From: Octopus sinensis
Lineage: Eukaryota
DNA: 64,000 nt
Direction of reading: 5' to 3'
Assembly: GCF_006345805.1 (NCBI RefSeq)
Contig: NC_042999.1
Coordinates: forward strand, 48,794,001 to 48,858,000
How positions within the stretch are numbered: position 1 is the stretch's first letter; the number at the start of each line of letters is the position of its first letter. The notes below the pieces were generated by a model. That model was given only the letters and a program-made list of their open reading frames with translations. It had not been told where the DNA came from and ran no database searches. The position numbers and the translations under genes were made by a program. Positions 13,050 to 26,089 of this stretch are shown piece after piece.

Positions 13050-14050
13050 ATAATGGTGTTTTGAATGTGTGTTCTGATGCCCTCTTACCTGATTTAGATT
13101 CATAACTGCTGCTTGAATCGACCTTGGCATTCTACAGTTACCATTCAATGGACAGTTGTCACAATTTTCTACTGTTGCATTCTGTTTGTTGACTAGCTAT
13201 TTGGTGATCTCTTCTATTCAGCTTTGCTTCATTATAATCGCTCATATAACGCCTGAGAGTCTTGCAACCTGAATAACGAATCTTAATACAGTTCCTATTC
13301 AATATTTTTTCTATACATATGCCCTGGAAGAAGTTGATCTATATAATTAAGAAATGCACTAACTATATTAGCTTGTACTTCTAGGTAAAATACTGGGTTT
13401 TACCATGAAATGTTTCTTTTACTATTCGTATCCTTACCCAGTTCATTTCCGTGTTTCTAGATTCTCACCTAATCATAGATCTCACAATTTCTTAGCTCCT
13501 CATTACAAACCAATAATAGCATCTTTGTAGGAAGATAATGAGGATAAGCGTTAAATAAATTTGTCAGCCAAGTTCCTCAGAATAAAAGATAGGTGATTCA
13601 GTTGTAAGGTATGTATTTTAATTTCTCAATTACTTTATGCTATAGTCCTCAAACTGTCATTATCCTGTCTTAAATTTGAGTCAAGAAATTTCCCGGCAAT
13701 ATGGCTCGTATGAACAGTAAAACTAAGTCGTATTTCCGGAAATAATTTAATGACATTTTTTGCGAAATTTTTCCTAACTTATGACCCTTACAATTTCTCG
13801 ATAGAATCAGACCATTATCACTACTGTGCATTTCAGGAAATTTGATTCTAAGCAAATTCAGAATATATAACCTTATAATTTTGCTCACTTGCGAGACATT
13901 ATATGCACCTATAAACACGCCGAATAATTCGTCAGCGCTTTTCTTAATCTATGTATCGTTATTGAAAATTAGGAGTGATTTTCATGAGTTTTTAAACGCT
14001 GCAATCTCCAGCTCAATTAATATCAGTGATTGCTTTTGCATAATCTAGAG
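13050..14050 (-). mobile_element. Penelope-like element remnant (RT core, linker, start of GIY-YIG)
   Basis: KSADELFGVFIGAYNVSQVSKIIRLYILNLL...SDNGLILSRNCKGHKLGKI resembles PLE RT (LFDV.MGS.DGAE.CELVGLYIL...YRDDGL); NRNCIKIRYSGCKT and CDNCPLNGNC follow. Confidence 0.7.
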
Positions 14051-14106
14051 CTTTCATTAACAAATATACCCTAACCGTCCTAACTACAAAGTCACAAAGT
14101 CACACA

Positions 14107-14204
<98 letters not shown>

Positions 14205-14272
14205 ATTGATAAAAACGGTAAGATAACAAAAGAAAGAAAGATACCTCGATATTATGTAAATAGAGGAATTTA

Positions 14273-14474
14273 TCTGTAAATGTAATATGTGACAATTATT
14301 CGCTAGCCATGATAAAACTATGAGATTCGGATGCCGAGGTCGAAATCTCTTCGGTTATCCGGCCATGGATGGCCGGATAACTGGAGAGATGGTGTTGTGG
14401 ATTTCCCCTTCGGCATCTGAAACTCAGTGTTTTATCATGGCTACCGAATAATTGTCACATATTACATTTACAGA
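14273..14474. repeat. ~200-bp imperfect palindrome with a perfect inner hairpin
   Basis: Arm tctgtaaatgtaatatgtgacaattattcg.tagccatgataaaac and its reverse complement; inner ttatccggccat-gg-atggccggataa. Confidence 0.95.
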
Positions 14475-14544
14475 AATATATATATATTACGGAGATGTAC
14501 TCGCATAGCAAATAATTTGATCTGAGATCGTGTGCTGAAACGAA

Positions 14545-14713
14545 AACAATTGCAGCGTGGAAGGTGTTTATAAGCCATTTAAGAAACACACAAAAGCCGT
14601 TCGATTCACTTCAACATTTAAGTTTAATTTGTCAAAATATTTTCGTCGCTAAAATCCGCGACCTGTTCACTGACAAAAATCCGTGCTGCATCTCCACACA
14701 CACACACACACAC

Positions 14714-14795
<82 letters not shown>

Positions 14796-14982
14796 TGATA
14801 AAAACGGTAAGATAACAAAAGAAAGAAAGATACCTCGATACTGCGGATATTTGTCAGTGAACAGGTCGCGGATTTTAGTGACGTAAATATTTTCACAAAT
14901 TAAACTTAAATGTTGAAGTGAATCGAACGGCTTTTGTGTGTTTCTTAAATGGCTTATAAACACCTTCCACGCTGCAATTGTT
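14545..14982. repeat. Fold-back element: ~140-bp inverted arms around a microsatellite spacer
   Basis: aacaattgcagcgtggaaggtgtttataagcc...cactgacaaa at 14545-14686 is inverted at 14841-14982. Confidence 0.95.
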
Positions 14983-15479
14983 ATATATATATATAATGAT
15001 ATTATTAGTTAGGTATATTTGAAAAAGGAGATGAACGACTTGAATGGCAGTCCTAATCAATTTACTTTTCTAATACTATATATTTTTACAGTTTGGCTTT
15101 TATATCTTGCAAGTTCTTTGTTACATTTGGAGGGGAGATATTATAAAGAATCCTTGTTAAATTTTCTGGAGAAATTTCTCGCATTCGTTGGCGGCAATTG
15201 TCAAACAGATCTCAGGTTGTGTTGTGGTTTGTGAATCTATATATAATACATTTGGGTATGTCTAGGGTGGGGTGGGATTTGTTAATAGTTTATTTATGAA
15301 GGAGTGTTGATGAACAAGAGCTGAAAGAAAATGGTGAATAGTAAAAATAATATAATTGATTAAAGGTGGAGTGTGAGGTGGAATGGCGCTGAAGGAGTGT
15401 GTTACGAAGGGCTTGTGAGCGTCTCCAACTGTTGGTTCTATTTCAGTGGATGAACTGTGGTGAAACATTTAATGGTCAG

Positions 15480-15640
15480 ATATTTGTCAAATTCTCTTCT
15501 GGCTAAATCAACTACCTTTATTTCATAAAGAGAAGCTTCAACAATTTTCAGTTAAAGATGAGTTTAGGTGTGTATCTAGGGAGAGTTAATGAAGAGTATG
15601 ATACATGTCTTCTGATAAAAAGGAGGTGATAGCAGATGGA
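15480..15640 (-). mobile_element. Possible Penelope GIY-YIG C-terminal remnant
   Basis: PSAITSFLSEDMYHTLH*LSLDTHLNSSL loosely resembles the SAI..HL....H segment. Confidence 0.3.
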
Positions 15641-15709
15641 GAACATATATAAGTTTAGTTTTGGAATTTTTGCTGACAGAAATGTATTTTTTATATTGCA
15701 TACTAGCAG

Positions 15710-16230
15710 AGATACCCGGCGTTGCTGGGGTTTAAAATACAAAGATTTTCTAAAGTCAGGATTGAATAAGATAAATGTTCCAATTGACAACTGGGAAGAT
15801 TTAGCACTTTGCCGAGAAAAAGAGAAAGCGTGTTGCGTATGAAGGCAAATATGAATTCGAAAGGAAGAGAATGGAACATGCAAAGATCAAAAGAAACATG
15901 AGAAAAAGTGACAGGAATGATGTTCTAACAAGCATTAATAAACGCAATGATCTTACATGTGTTGAATGTGGAAAGATTTGCCTTAGGCTAAACGGCCATA
16001 TGAAATCACACATTCCACAACCGCACATTGATTATAGATGGACAGATGATTTCGAATGCATACTGTGTCATAAATTATGCAGAACAAAGTGTGGCTTGGA
16101 AAGCCATAGTAAATTTCATGGAACTGTAAACTATACAATCATCAAGTTTTCTTGGACTAATTGTCAAAAACCATGCAAGTCTTTGGCAGGTCTGAAAAAT
16201 CTTATTCGTGCAGCTCATCGATGATATTCT
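15710..16230 (+). mobile_element. RTE-like LINE 3' end with three tandem C2H2-like zinc fingers
   Basis: YKDFLKSGLNKINVPIDNWEDLALCR (RTE tail), then CVECGKICLRLNGHMKSH, CILCHKLCRTKCGLESHSKFH and (W)TNCQKPCKSLAGLKNLIRAAH. Confidence 0.75.
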
Positions 16231-16277
16231 AGGCAATGGCTCTACTCGAAATCGAATTGGCAACCATCATACGTTTG

Positions 16278-16322
<45 letters not shown>

Positions 16323-16899
16323 TATATATATTATATATATATATATAATATATATATATATATATGTATGTATGTATGTATGTACACTTTCTGCTGGTTT
16401 ATATGTAGGGATATAAATATATGAGTCAGCATGATCTCCCACAACCGCCTCTCCCAAACCAATAAAACAAATACATTTCTATTTACAAACGTTCCAAAAT
16501 TAGCCTTATATTTTTTCTTTCTGCTGTCACCTTCCTTTTATCAGTAGACATGTATCTTACTCTTCATTATATTGTTAGAATATAGAATAGTAATTGATTA
16601 GCACTCTCAATGAAGTCACTCTTTTCCTTTATCAAATATTTATATATTATATATACGAAGCCTTCCACTATTACTTAGCTTATACTTACATGATGCGACA
16701 ACAATACATTGGTTGAAAAGAAGCGGCAATCCCAGACTCACGTAGAGTGCGTGATCTGAAGTTAAACATGTGCAACAACGCCTCGTTTCACGTACTCATC
16801 ACCAAGATGGCAGTAATGTGTAGGTAAATGGCTGGATGAATTCTGATAATTTTCAGAACAAGATATCAAGAAATCTTGTTGGTTCTATGGAAGTTTCTT

Positions 16900-17150
16900 T
16901 GTACTGAGACCGCTGTATCACTGATCTCAATGTCAGTCACCCCACGGTATCTGATTATGTGTGCAACTTGACGCAGTTCAGCAGTGGTACACCAGGAAGA
17001 TTGCATCAATGGAACAGCTGAACTACTAGTATTGGCTAAAAGAGGTGCGACTCTACTCTCTGAAGTCAAGACGGAAGAGGTGTGCAGTGATATACGTATA
17101 TGGTTTTCTGGGGTGGTTGGTTCTAAACTGTTCCGCAAAACACTATAGTG
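16900..17150 (+). mobile_element. CR1/L2-group LINE 3' remnant
   Basis: VQLDAVQQWYTRKIASMEQLNY*YWLKEVRLYSLKSRRKRCAVIYVY resembles LE..QR..TK.I......SY.ERL..L.LYSLE.RR.R. Confidence 0.7.
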
Positions 17151-17210
17151 ACCCCCGAAAAGGACATCACTGCACTCTTACGTGATGAACCCATACATCA
17201 CATCAAGAAA

Positions 17211-17242
<32 letters not shown>

Positions 17243-18239
17243 GTATAAATAAGTATACATATAAGCATATGTATATGAGTGTGTTTGTGTATAAGCGAGT
17301 GTGTGCGTAAGAAAAAACTGTTTTACATGCAAATACACCTTACGTTTTCCAAAGCTGAAGACATTTCCCTTCACACTGGAGTAGATTTTCGTTAAAACCT
17401 AAGGTGTATTTCATAGGAAATCCGTCATACGTGTCTTTGGAAAGGATATATTAGTAACGGCCGTATTTCGTATTGAATATGGGGAAAATTATTTTATATC
17501 TGAAGCCTATTGGGTGAACATATTCCAACGATTTGATACTCTAAATAAAGAGTGTCTTCGAAACGTACAGGCAATATTTTCATTTTAAATAGATTGTATC
17601 TCAATATGTTTGGATTATTTCCTCATATTCAAGCGTATGTCAGTGCAGTATTTGATGCTACACAAGGGTATCAATCGATTATATTTTTGATAACATATTA
17701 ATATTAATGTTAATTAATTAATTGTAAAATATCAAAAATACAAGGTATTAAATATATTAAAATTTGGCGGATTAAAACCAAATTTATTGTAATTAACACT
17801 TTGATTTCAATTAATTACCTTTAATCATGGAACTTTACAGCAAATTTTGTCAATATTTGTTGAATTAATACTGTTGTTATGGAAATAAAATAACTATATG
17901 ATTCCGTGTTGATTGCTAATCAAGTGAAAATTCCTACAGCAGGAGCTCCGACTTATTTTCGGAAATAAATTACAGCATAACTATTTTCGTAATAAACACA
18001 TCCTCGTAGAAATTTTATAGCGAGGCACATCACCAACTGATATGCCATAAATTAACTGTTGGTTTTCTTCAGGTGTTGTTACATCATACGGTGTCTGTAT
18101 GTGCGTATGTATTTATGTATAAACGAAATTTATGTTAGTTAAAATACGTTTGTGGCATAATGTAACTTCTAAAAGCAAATTCACTTCAGTTTCTGTTAAG
18201 GAAATATTGTCTATTATGGTAAAAGGAGTTTCTGGCTCT

Positions 18240-19500
18240 TTAGCCTGCCGCAGTAGGAGATACCAAAAAGAGTCAACCATGGCCAGATTCTAAAGCTATA
18301 GCTTTATCTTAGAAAAGTCAACACAAATGACTGATGTACATATGACGATTGAATTTGGGGATTAATAAGTGTAGTGTGCTTATCATAAAAATGTATTGTC
18401 ATCTGACGGTGTAGAACTGCAAAATAGCGAGATAATTAATGATGTTTAGATGCATGTATCTGAGTATTTTAGAGTATGATAAAATCATGGAGAGTGAGAC
18501 AAAAGAAAACATTAGGCAACAACACCTCAGGAATGGTATACTCAATGGAAAGGACAAGGAATAAGTAGACTGGCTCCTTAATGTGATAAGGTCAGGTGTT
18601 AAATTAAGAGAAAACGAGTTTTAAGAAATGGATAGAAAGATCGGGAAAATTATGACAAGTAATAAGGAACTGCACTCTAAGAGTGATGTCGATAAATTGT
18701 ATTTATCTAGAGAGGGAGCAAAAGGTCTCATTGGATGCAAGACCCGTGTTGTCAATGAGAGAGAAAGTCTGGTACGTGAAAATAAGGTGAGGCTTTAGGT
18801 TTTGTCAGAAATAGAAACACGATACCTGGTGAAAATGTGACACACCCAAAGGTATTTCAGAAAGAAGACGGAGTGAAAGGGATGAATTGAAAAATGGAAG
18901 CGATGCATGGGCAATACATCTTACGAAAATGTAGGGGAAAACAAAACAAATAGCCGGAAGTGACTAAGGAGAAGCAAACTGAAGGAATTCAACGAGGCAT
19001 TGATATACAGCACTCAGGAAAAATCTCTCTGAAATAATAATACCTAGTTCTAAATTAATAAGAGAATCGCCCCTTTCTAGGGTGACAAAGTCTCAGATAT
19101 TGTGAGTAAGTGTAGCAAATTAGCTCAAACGAATACAAAAAAAGAGAATACATTATACAGCATCTAGATAAGCCCATTGGAGATTGTGTGTAAGAAATAC
19201 GGTTTTGAAAAGACAACGAAATTGTATAAGGATAAGCCGGAGGGTATCAAAGAGAATAATGCGTATAAGATCTTGTAGAATTTTATAATCCCGTATGATT
19301 CAGTGATTGATGCCCTAAGACGAAATGTTGTTGAAGTAGAGGGGAAACAAAGACAATAAATATTCCAATACTTTGTGATGTACCAGAGGGTGATCAAGAA
19401 ATGGAAAAGACTGAGGATTACAGTTCATCAAAAGACGAGATTGCACGAATGCGGGCAATGAAAAAAGTAACTCTGATCCCAAATGTTGTAGGGGCGCTGC
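18240..19500 (+). mobile_element. R4/Dong-like (RLE) LINE remnant, heavily decayed
   Basis: IEFGINKCSVL, MDRKIGKIMTSNKELHSKSDVDKLYLSREGAKGLIG, AMHGQY, KIL*NFIIPYDSVIDA and VTLIPNVVGAL appear across frameshifts. Confidence 0.75.
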
Positions 19501-19514
19501 GAGTATTTACAAAC

Positions 19515-19995
19515 GATGGTCTATAGCAAATATTCTGCTCCGCCGCAAATTTGCATGTCAGTTGCTTGACCTCAACCATTAGAGCATGTCCATTAGTGGC
19601 TGGCTATATGTGCATTTCTGATCACGAGGAGGATGAGTGGTTGAGCCTCAATGAGGATAATACTTTGGGGCTTATTTACAATATTTACATTATTTACATT
19701 AAATATAGAACTGCAATACTTTGGGGTTTGAATAATTCAGCTCTGGAAACATCCTTAAACAACATTTATTCAGGGACGGGATGGATCACTCACCCTGAAA
19801 AACAATTTAACAGGCCCTCACATGCATTGTTTATCATTATATGAGATCACCATGTTGCGCACATATGGTTGTGATATATGTGCCTGGTATATCCTTATCA
19901 GACGAATAGTTATGATGGGTATATTGCGCTTTGTGTATTTGCAACTCGCGCCCACACATGGTCGTTATGCATGTGCTTGGTGTACCGGGTAGTCA
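19515..19995 (+). mobile_element. Partial, diverged copy of the ~560-bp non-coding element at 29183-29740 (opposite strand)
   Basis: gcaaatattctgctc...ttgacctcaacc...ctgatcacgag...tgagatcaccatgttgcgcacatatggttgtgat is the reverse complement of segments of 29183-29740. Confidence 0.8.
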
Positions 19996-19999
19996 TGAT

Positions 20000-20800
20000 G
20001 GGTATGGATCTCGTCATCTACATGCAGACACTGATGGCCTAAACATGAAGAGAATAACTGGAGGAAGAGGACTGATAAGTGTGGCAGATTATGTATGTAT
20101 CGAAGTCGAGAGTTTAACGAGATACCAAGACCAAAGTAAAGAAATCTTGCTAGTGTCACTTAGGAGCATTGGAATCGGAGAGAAAAGAAAACGAAAGAAG
20201 TGCCAAAAAGACATGAAGGAACACAGAAAAGGATACGAAGAAGTAGAGAAAGGACATGAAGAAGAATTACGCAACAAGGGACTAGCAAGGCAGAAATGCA
20301 AAAAGGATTTCAAGAAGTACAAAAAGGACATGAAAAAGAATTACGCAACAAAGGACTAGCAAAATTGTCTCAGATTTTCCAATCCAAACAGATCAGCTGC
20401 TCGAGCATAACAGACCGGACCTGGTGGGAGTCGACAAGATGCACCACATGTGCTATACAGTTGCTGTCGCATGACATTTGGCTCACAAATTTTTATGAAG
20501 GAAGGCGAACATACTACCCTCTTCAGTACTAAGGAAAATGAAGAATAGGGAGATAGTGCCATATAATGTTGGGGCCTTGGGGACAGTATCTGAAAACATT
20601 TAAGAGGAATATCAAGGAAATTGGAACAAAGTGCCCGGTAGACATGTTACAAAAGATTTGCCTGTTTGGCACGGCCAGAATAATCAAGAAATTATGAGAT
20701 CGCTGAAAAGAACCTATGGCATTGTGCCGTAAGCTGCAGGTAGCAAACCCGCTGCACATGCAAGACTGTAGGTGTTCCAACAAAACTTATGATAAAAAGA
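20000..20800 (+). mobile_element. R4/Dong-like LINE 3' fragment, internally deleted, ending in (GAT)n
   Basis: HADTDGLNMKRITGGRGLISV and EIVPYNVGALGTVSE...MLQKICLFGTARIIKKL; ~74-bp tandem duplication at 20227-20363. Confidence 0.75.
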
Positions 20801-22399
20801 ATTGACGATGATGATGATGATGATGATGATGATGATCGACCTATCGTGCCCGTTTGATTTTTAGATCGTAAAGAGAGAGGAAGAAAAACCCCACAAAAAA
20901 AAATGCACTCACTTTAAATTTGAAATAGGAGCAATATGGAGCCTGAGAACAGTAGAGATCGTGATGATGATGACGATAAAAATATTTAACGTTGACAATT
21001 CATTTATCATGTTTTTGATAGAGGAGTTTCCGTTGGCCTTGACGATGAACGTGCATTTATTTCGTAGAACTCAATTCTAGATTGTGCAAATAACGTTTAA
21101 ATGATTAAGAAAGACACAAATACAAGCACCCTTGATATAAGTTTTAGGTCGAATGACCACGAAACTCTAAGCAAGGCCGGGCGTTGGAATTCCTGTTAGA
21201 ATCGACATGAAAATGGATAGATATTATCACCCACATATTCTTAACGTATGTGGCTGATAATATGTATTACACTAGCACCACGTCTATTTCATATTTCATA
21301 TTCACAGACATACATACACACATGCACACAAACACACATACACAGAGAAAAAGAGGGATCGAGAGAGACGGCGGAGAGAGAAACGGTTAGAACATCGATT
21401 TATCGATCTCTCTGCTTCATTTACACATCTCGAATGGATGAAAAGTAATTTGGGCCTTGAGAAATTTTGCATTTAGAAAGGTGGAAGATATTCTGCGAAG
21501 CATAAGATCCTGCTCACTAACGAGGTTTTCGATTCACCAGTATCACTATTCAGTAAAGACGTTGCTAACAGCAAATAAACAAACCCAAATAACAACAGAT
21601 ATGAAGCAGAAATAGTTGAAATTTATAAAGTGTAAATTCGAAATGAATTAAATTCATTATGCATAATAGAAGAGTTAAGAGATAAAGGAAAGGAATATAT
21701 TACTGCAAAAATATGTGACATCATGTTCCCAGGAATAATTTTTTTAAACTGATGTATTTTTTCTACCGAAAACGATTACAAGAAATATGTTATACTGATT
21801 TTAATTATAGCACATGCTTACATAATTGTTGGGATAATTTATACTTTTCTTCAATATTTTTTTAGTCTGTTATAAATTTAAATTGCCAATTATCCGTTTA
21901 ATCGATCAGAATTGCTTTTAACGTATTTAAAGTGGGAAAATCCAGTTTTTCAAAATACAATCTGTTGCCATATAATTTGATGATTTCATGAATGAATTAT
22001 ACCTGCATTCGGATGGGTATATACATACAAGTAATGTAAAAGTACAATTACACGCAAACATTAACACACCTACATACATATGTCTGCACTCGAACACAAA
22101 CACACACAAGCAGACTATGAAGCAAAGATACAAACAAACTTCAAACCACACACAAGCACACGGACCAACACGAGAACACACAAATAGACACAAATACATC
22201 TAAAACACTCCCCCACACACACAAACTTACATGCACAAAATAGCTGAAATATTCTTCGATGTGGCAATACCTAATCGTGCTTAGCATGCTGTTCGACCTC
22301 CAGTGGGGAAGTAATTCAGTGGATAATTAACGTCTTTGCTTTTTTCTTCATGTTAACAAGCCCAAAGTCAAAAGTGTAGCCACCACAATTGTGGGACTT

Positions 22400-23500
22400 G
22401 CATCAACTTTATTGAAGACATTATACAAATTCAAATCAGGACGTATTTTTTACCGTAAAAAGTCATATACCCGTCAAGGATGTAATGAAGTTTATATAGG
22501 TCAAACAAAGCTTACTCTAATATATAGACTGACCATTCACCGACAACAAACACAGGATCCCACTGAGTGGCCACAGATATATATATGCAAAAATTAAGTC
22601 CCTATAATTCCAGGTCTTCGCACTCTACCTACGTTCAGTGAATATCACAGATGAAGCGCGGTTAAACAAAGAAAATACGTTCATACAAAAATAAAAACAA
22701 ACTCTTAACACACTTTAGCAAATTACATACACAAATAACTATTCACACACAAAATATGAAGAATCTACACCAATTACAACCTATATTTAGCCACTGGACT
22801 ACGGACAACCGATTCTAGTCAACACTCCCACCTGGCAGATTAAATTTTAAATAATTAGATGGTAATTAAAACGTGTTCGCTCAACCGTGTCAGCATTTAT
22901 TTTAAGCGCAAAATATAGTCACGTGAAAGTAACGCACGTACTTTGCTAGGAACATACGAAAGGTTCTAAAGTTAACCACATGTTCATTCTCTACACACAC
23001 TTAACAGAAAAGATTCAGAGCATCGATTCTTTGGTACTGTCATTAGACATGGTCAGTCAACCGCATCAGCCTTAATTTACGACGCCAAACATTGCCACTC
23101 AATACTTACACACGGATGTAGCGGAGAACCTAAACTAATTTCTATGACCTGTCATGTGACTATCCTCTACCAATCAAGTCATATCCAAAACATATACATA
23201 ATTTGAGCCATGAAGTACTTGTAGAATAACAACACGCTTCAAGCACTAGTCAGAAGCAAGTCAGTCGCGACATAAGCTACATTTTTGTATTTCAACATTT
23301 TGAAAATCAGTGTAAACTGGGAAACTGGTTAACTCTTTGAATACAATAAAAAATATGTTTACTATTCGCATGCAATTTCAACTTCTATTTCCCTTGTTGT
23401 TTAGTGCCCCACTCAAGAAGAATGGATGCTAGATGTGTCGAAACAATTGTCGTGATTAATAATAAATTCTCGTATGTTCCATCTTCTGTCTTTCATTTGC
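22400..23500 (+). mobile_element. Penelope-like element 3' remnant (GIY-YIG plus terminal repeat)
   Basis: GCNEVYIGQTKLTLIYRLTIHRQQ and ENTFIQK*KQTLN; terminal tcgaaacaattgtc motif at ~23438. Confidence 0.7.
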
Positions 23501-23950
23501 TATATATATAAAGATTGTGTGAGAGACAGACGGAATGATAGAGTGATCGGTTGTATGTACTGATTTTGCAAGCTTTCACTGTGCTCCAAGTCAAAGAACT
23601 TATATGCAACGAAAATACAAATCTCACTCAATAATATAACAATCGATCATGACAGGAAACTGTTATTTTGTTATGTGTAATGAAATATAATGTACAAATG
23701 GCAAGTAATTTTCTGTCGGCACACATCATATGTTCTGCAATTTGCAGAATTATATCATATCATCTTGCTTATTTGTGAGTTATAGATATGCCGGTGTATA
23801 GATGATTTGCAATAGAAATTTACTAGAAAATACAAATTCACCATCAACGTATAAGTATCTATGCTCCAATGACTTGTAGTCTTATTGACCTCATGTTCAA
23901 ATGTATTCTTGTCACTCTCCCCACTGTTCATGCTACTTTGCGTATACGAA

Positions 23951-23980
23951 ATATTATTATTATTATTATTATTGTTGTTG

Positions 23981-24047
<67 letters not shown>

Positions 24048-24105
24048 GTTATTATTATTGTTATTATTGTTATTATTATTATTGTTATTATTAGTATTAT
24101 TACTT
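23951..24105. repeat. (ATT)n array (LINE tail/target)
   Basis: Direct inspection. Confidence 0.98.
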
Positions 24106-25718
24106 TTTTTTCTTCTTTCAAATTTGCTTCCATTTCTTGCCGAGTGTCTTCCCGACTCTTAGGGCAAAGAAACTCATAGTATACATTGGTAGGCCATTAA
24201 ACCAAACTCAATAGTTCGTTCATTTAAAAAAATTTTTTTTTATTTTTTAAGTTAAATTTAAATACATGAGCAGCAACAATTCTCACATCGACAATGCCCT
24301 TCTCAATACGTGTGATGTACCAGTTAAGACAATCTTTTGAACTTCTTGCAGGGATGGTAAGCCAGGGATCATTCTCATATAATTTTCGGTTCCCTTCTTG
24401 ATCATTCCTAGTGCTCCTACGATCACTCGTATTGTAACCGCCTTGAGATGCCACATGTTCTCAATTTCAATGAGTAGGTCTTTATATTTTCTGAGCTTGT
24501 CAAACTCTTTCGCTGAGATATTATGATCACAGGGGATGCTCATGTCCATCAATAAGCAAATTTTATTGTTTTGGTCTTTCACAACAATATCTGGTTTATT
24601 GGCCTTGATGGTTCGGTCTGTATGTACTGGAAATTCCCACTGAATGGTTACATTTTCTCCTTCAGTTACAGCCTCAGGGTGGTGATTATACCACTTGTCG
24701 GCAGTTTTGATATTGTAATGCCGACTTATTAGCCAGTGTAGATATTGGCCAACTCTGTCATGTCTTAATTTATACTCCACTGGTGCTAAGACTTTACATC
24801 CAGAAATTAGGTGGTCCACTGTTTCAATCATGTCGTTGCAGAATCGGCATTTTGGGTCTGCTCCATTTTTCATCACATTGGCCTGGTAGTTCCGGGTTAA
24901 TAGGCTTTGATCTTGAGCAGCCAGGATGAAACCTTCGCTCTCTGCTTTTAACCCTGAGCTCCGTAGTCACTGATGGGTTTGCTTCTGGTGAACATCAGCT
25001 TGTTTGCTGCGGGCCACATATTTGCCGTGCAAAGATTTCTCCTCTCACCTATCAGCCAATTGCTCGTGCGCTTTTTTTCGTTGCCATTATTTTCACCTTC
25101 TTTGCAATAATAGTTGCCGTACTTCCCTCGGGTTGTTCAGTTTTTTGCTTTCCTTTATAATAGAATGAAGCTTATTTCGTCTCTCGTGATTTTCCACGAG
25201 CTTTAGCATCCAGTCATTCGTTATTTCGAGATATTTGGCCAGTCCAATTGTGGTTGTTTTGTAAGCTAGTTCAAATTGGATCAGGCCTCGACCTCCTTGG
25301 GCTCTGAGAAGGTAAAGGCGATCTACGTCTGCCTTTGGGTGGTGCATCCTATTACAACTCAGCCGCTTGCGTATTTTCCTATCTATATTCTTTATTTCAC
25401 TCATATTCCAGTTCAACACATTGTAGCTATAAGTAACAACTGGAACTGCTAAGGAATTTATAGCTAACACCTTGTTACGTGCATTTAGTTCAGATTTCAG
25501 GACTGCACGAACTCTCCTATAACATTCCTTCCTGATTTTCTCTTTCATGCTTGCATGCTGAATACCAGAGCCTTCATTTATCCCTAAATATTTGTATGTT
25601 TGTTCTTGCTCAAGCTCTCTTATGACTGTGTCAACATCTAACACGACTGAATTTGTGGTCTTCACTTTCCCTTTCTGGAAAGTGGCCTTGGCACACTTCT
25701 CAAGTCCAAACTCCAAAC
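24106..25718 (-). mobile_element. 5'-truncated R4/Dong-like non-LTR retrotransposon (RT thumb, CCHC knuckle, PD-(D/E)xK RLE, 3' UTR)
   Basis: EFGLEKCAK...TYKYLGI...HPKADVDRLYL..GGRGLI; CRFCNDMIETVDHLISGC; KPDIVV...LMDMSIP...EFDKLRKY...VIVGALG...GTSHVLRRALSM*. Has a few stops and frameshifts, and both ends abut (ATT)n. Confidence 0.93.
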
Positions 25719-25751
25719 TTATTATTATTATTATTGTTATTACTATTATTG

Positions 25752-25783
<32 letters not shown>

Positions 25784-25789
25784 GCTATT

Positions 25790-25820
<31 letters not shown>

Positions 25821-25838
25821 CTGTTATTATTATTATTA

Positions 25839-25894
<56 letters not shown>

Positions 25895-25949
25895 GTTATT
25901 ATTATTATTATTATTATTATCATTGTTATTATTATTATTGTTATCATTA

Positions 25950-26005
<56 letters not shown>

Positions 26006-26085
26006 TATTATTATTATATTATTATTATCATTGTTATTATTATTATTGTTATCATTATTATTATTATTATTATATTATTATTATC
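25719..26085. repeat. (ATT)n array
   Basis: Direct inspection. Confidence 0.98.
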
Positions 26086-26089
26086 ATTC

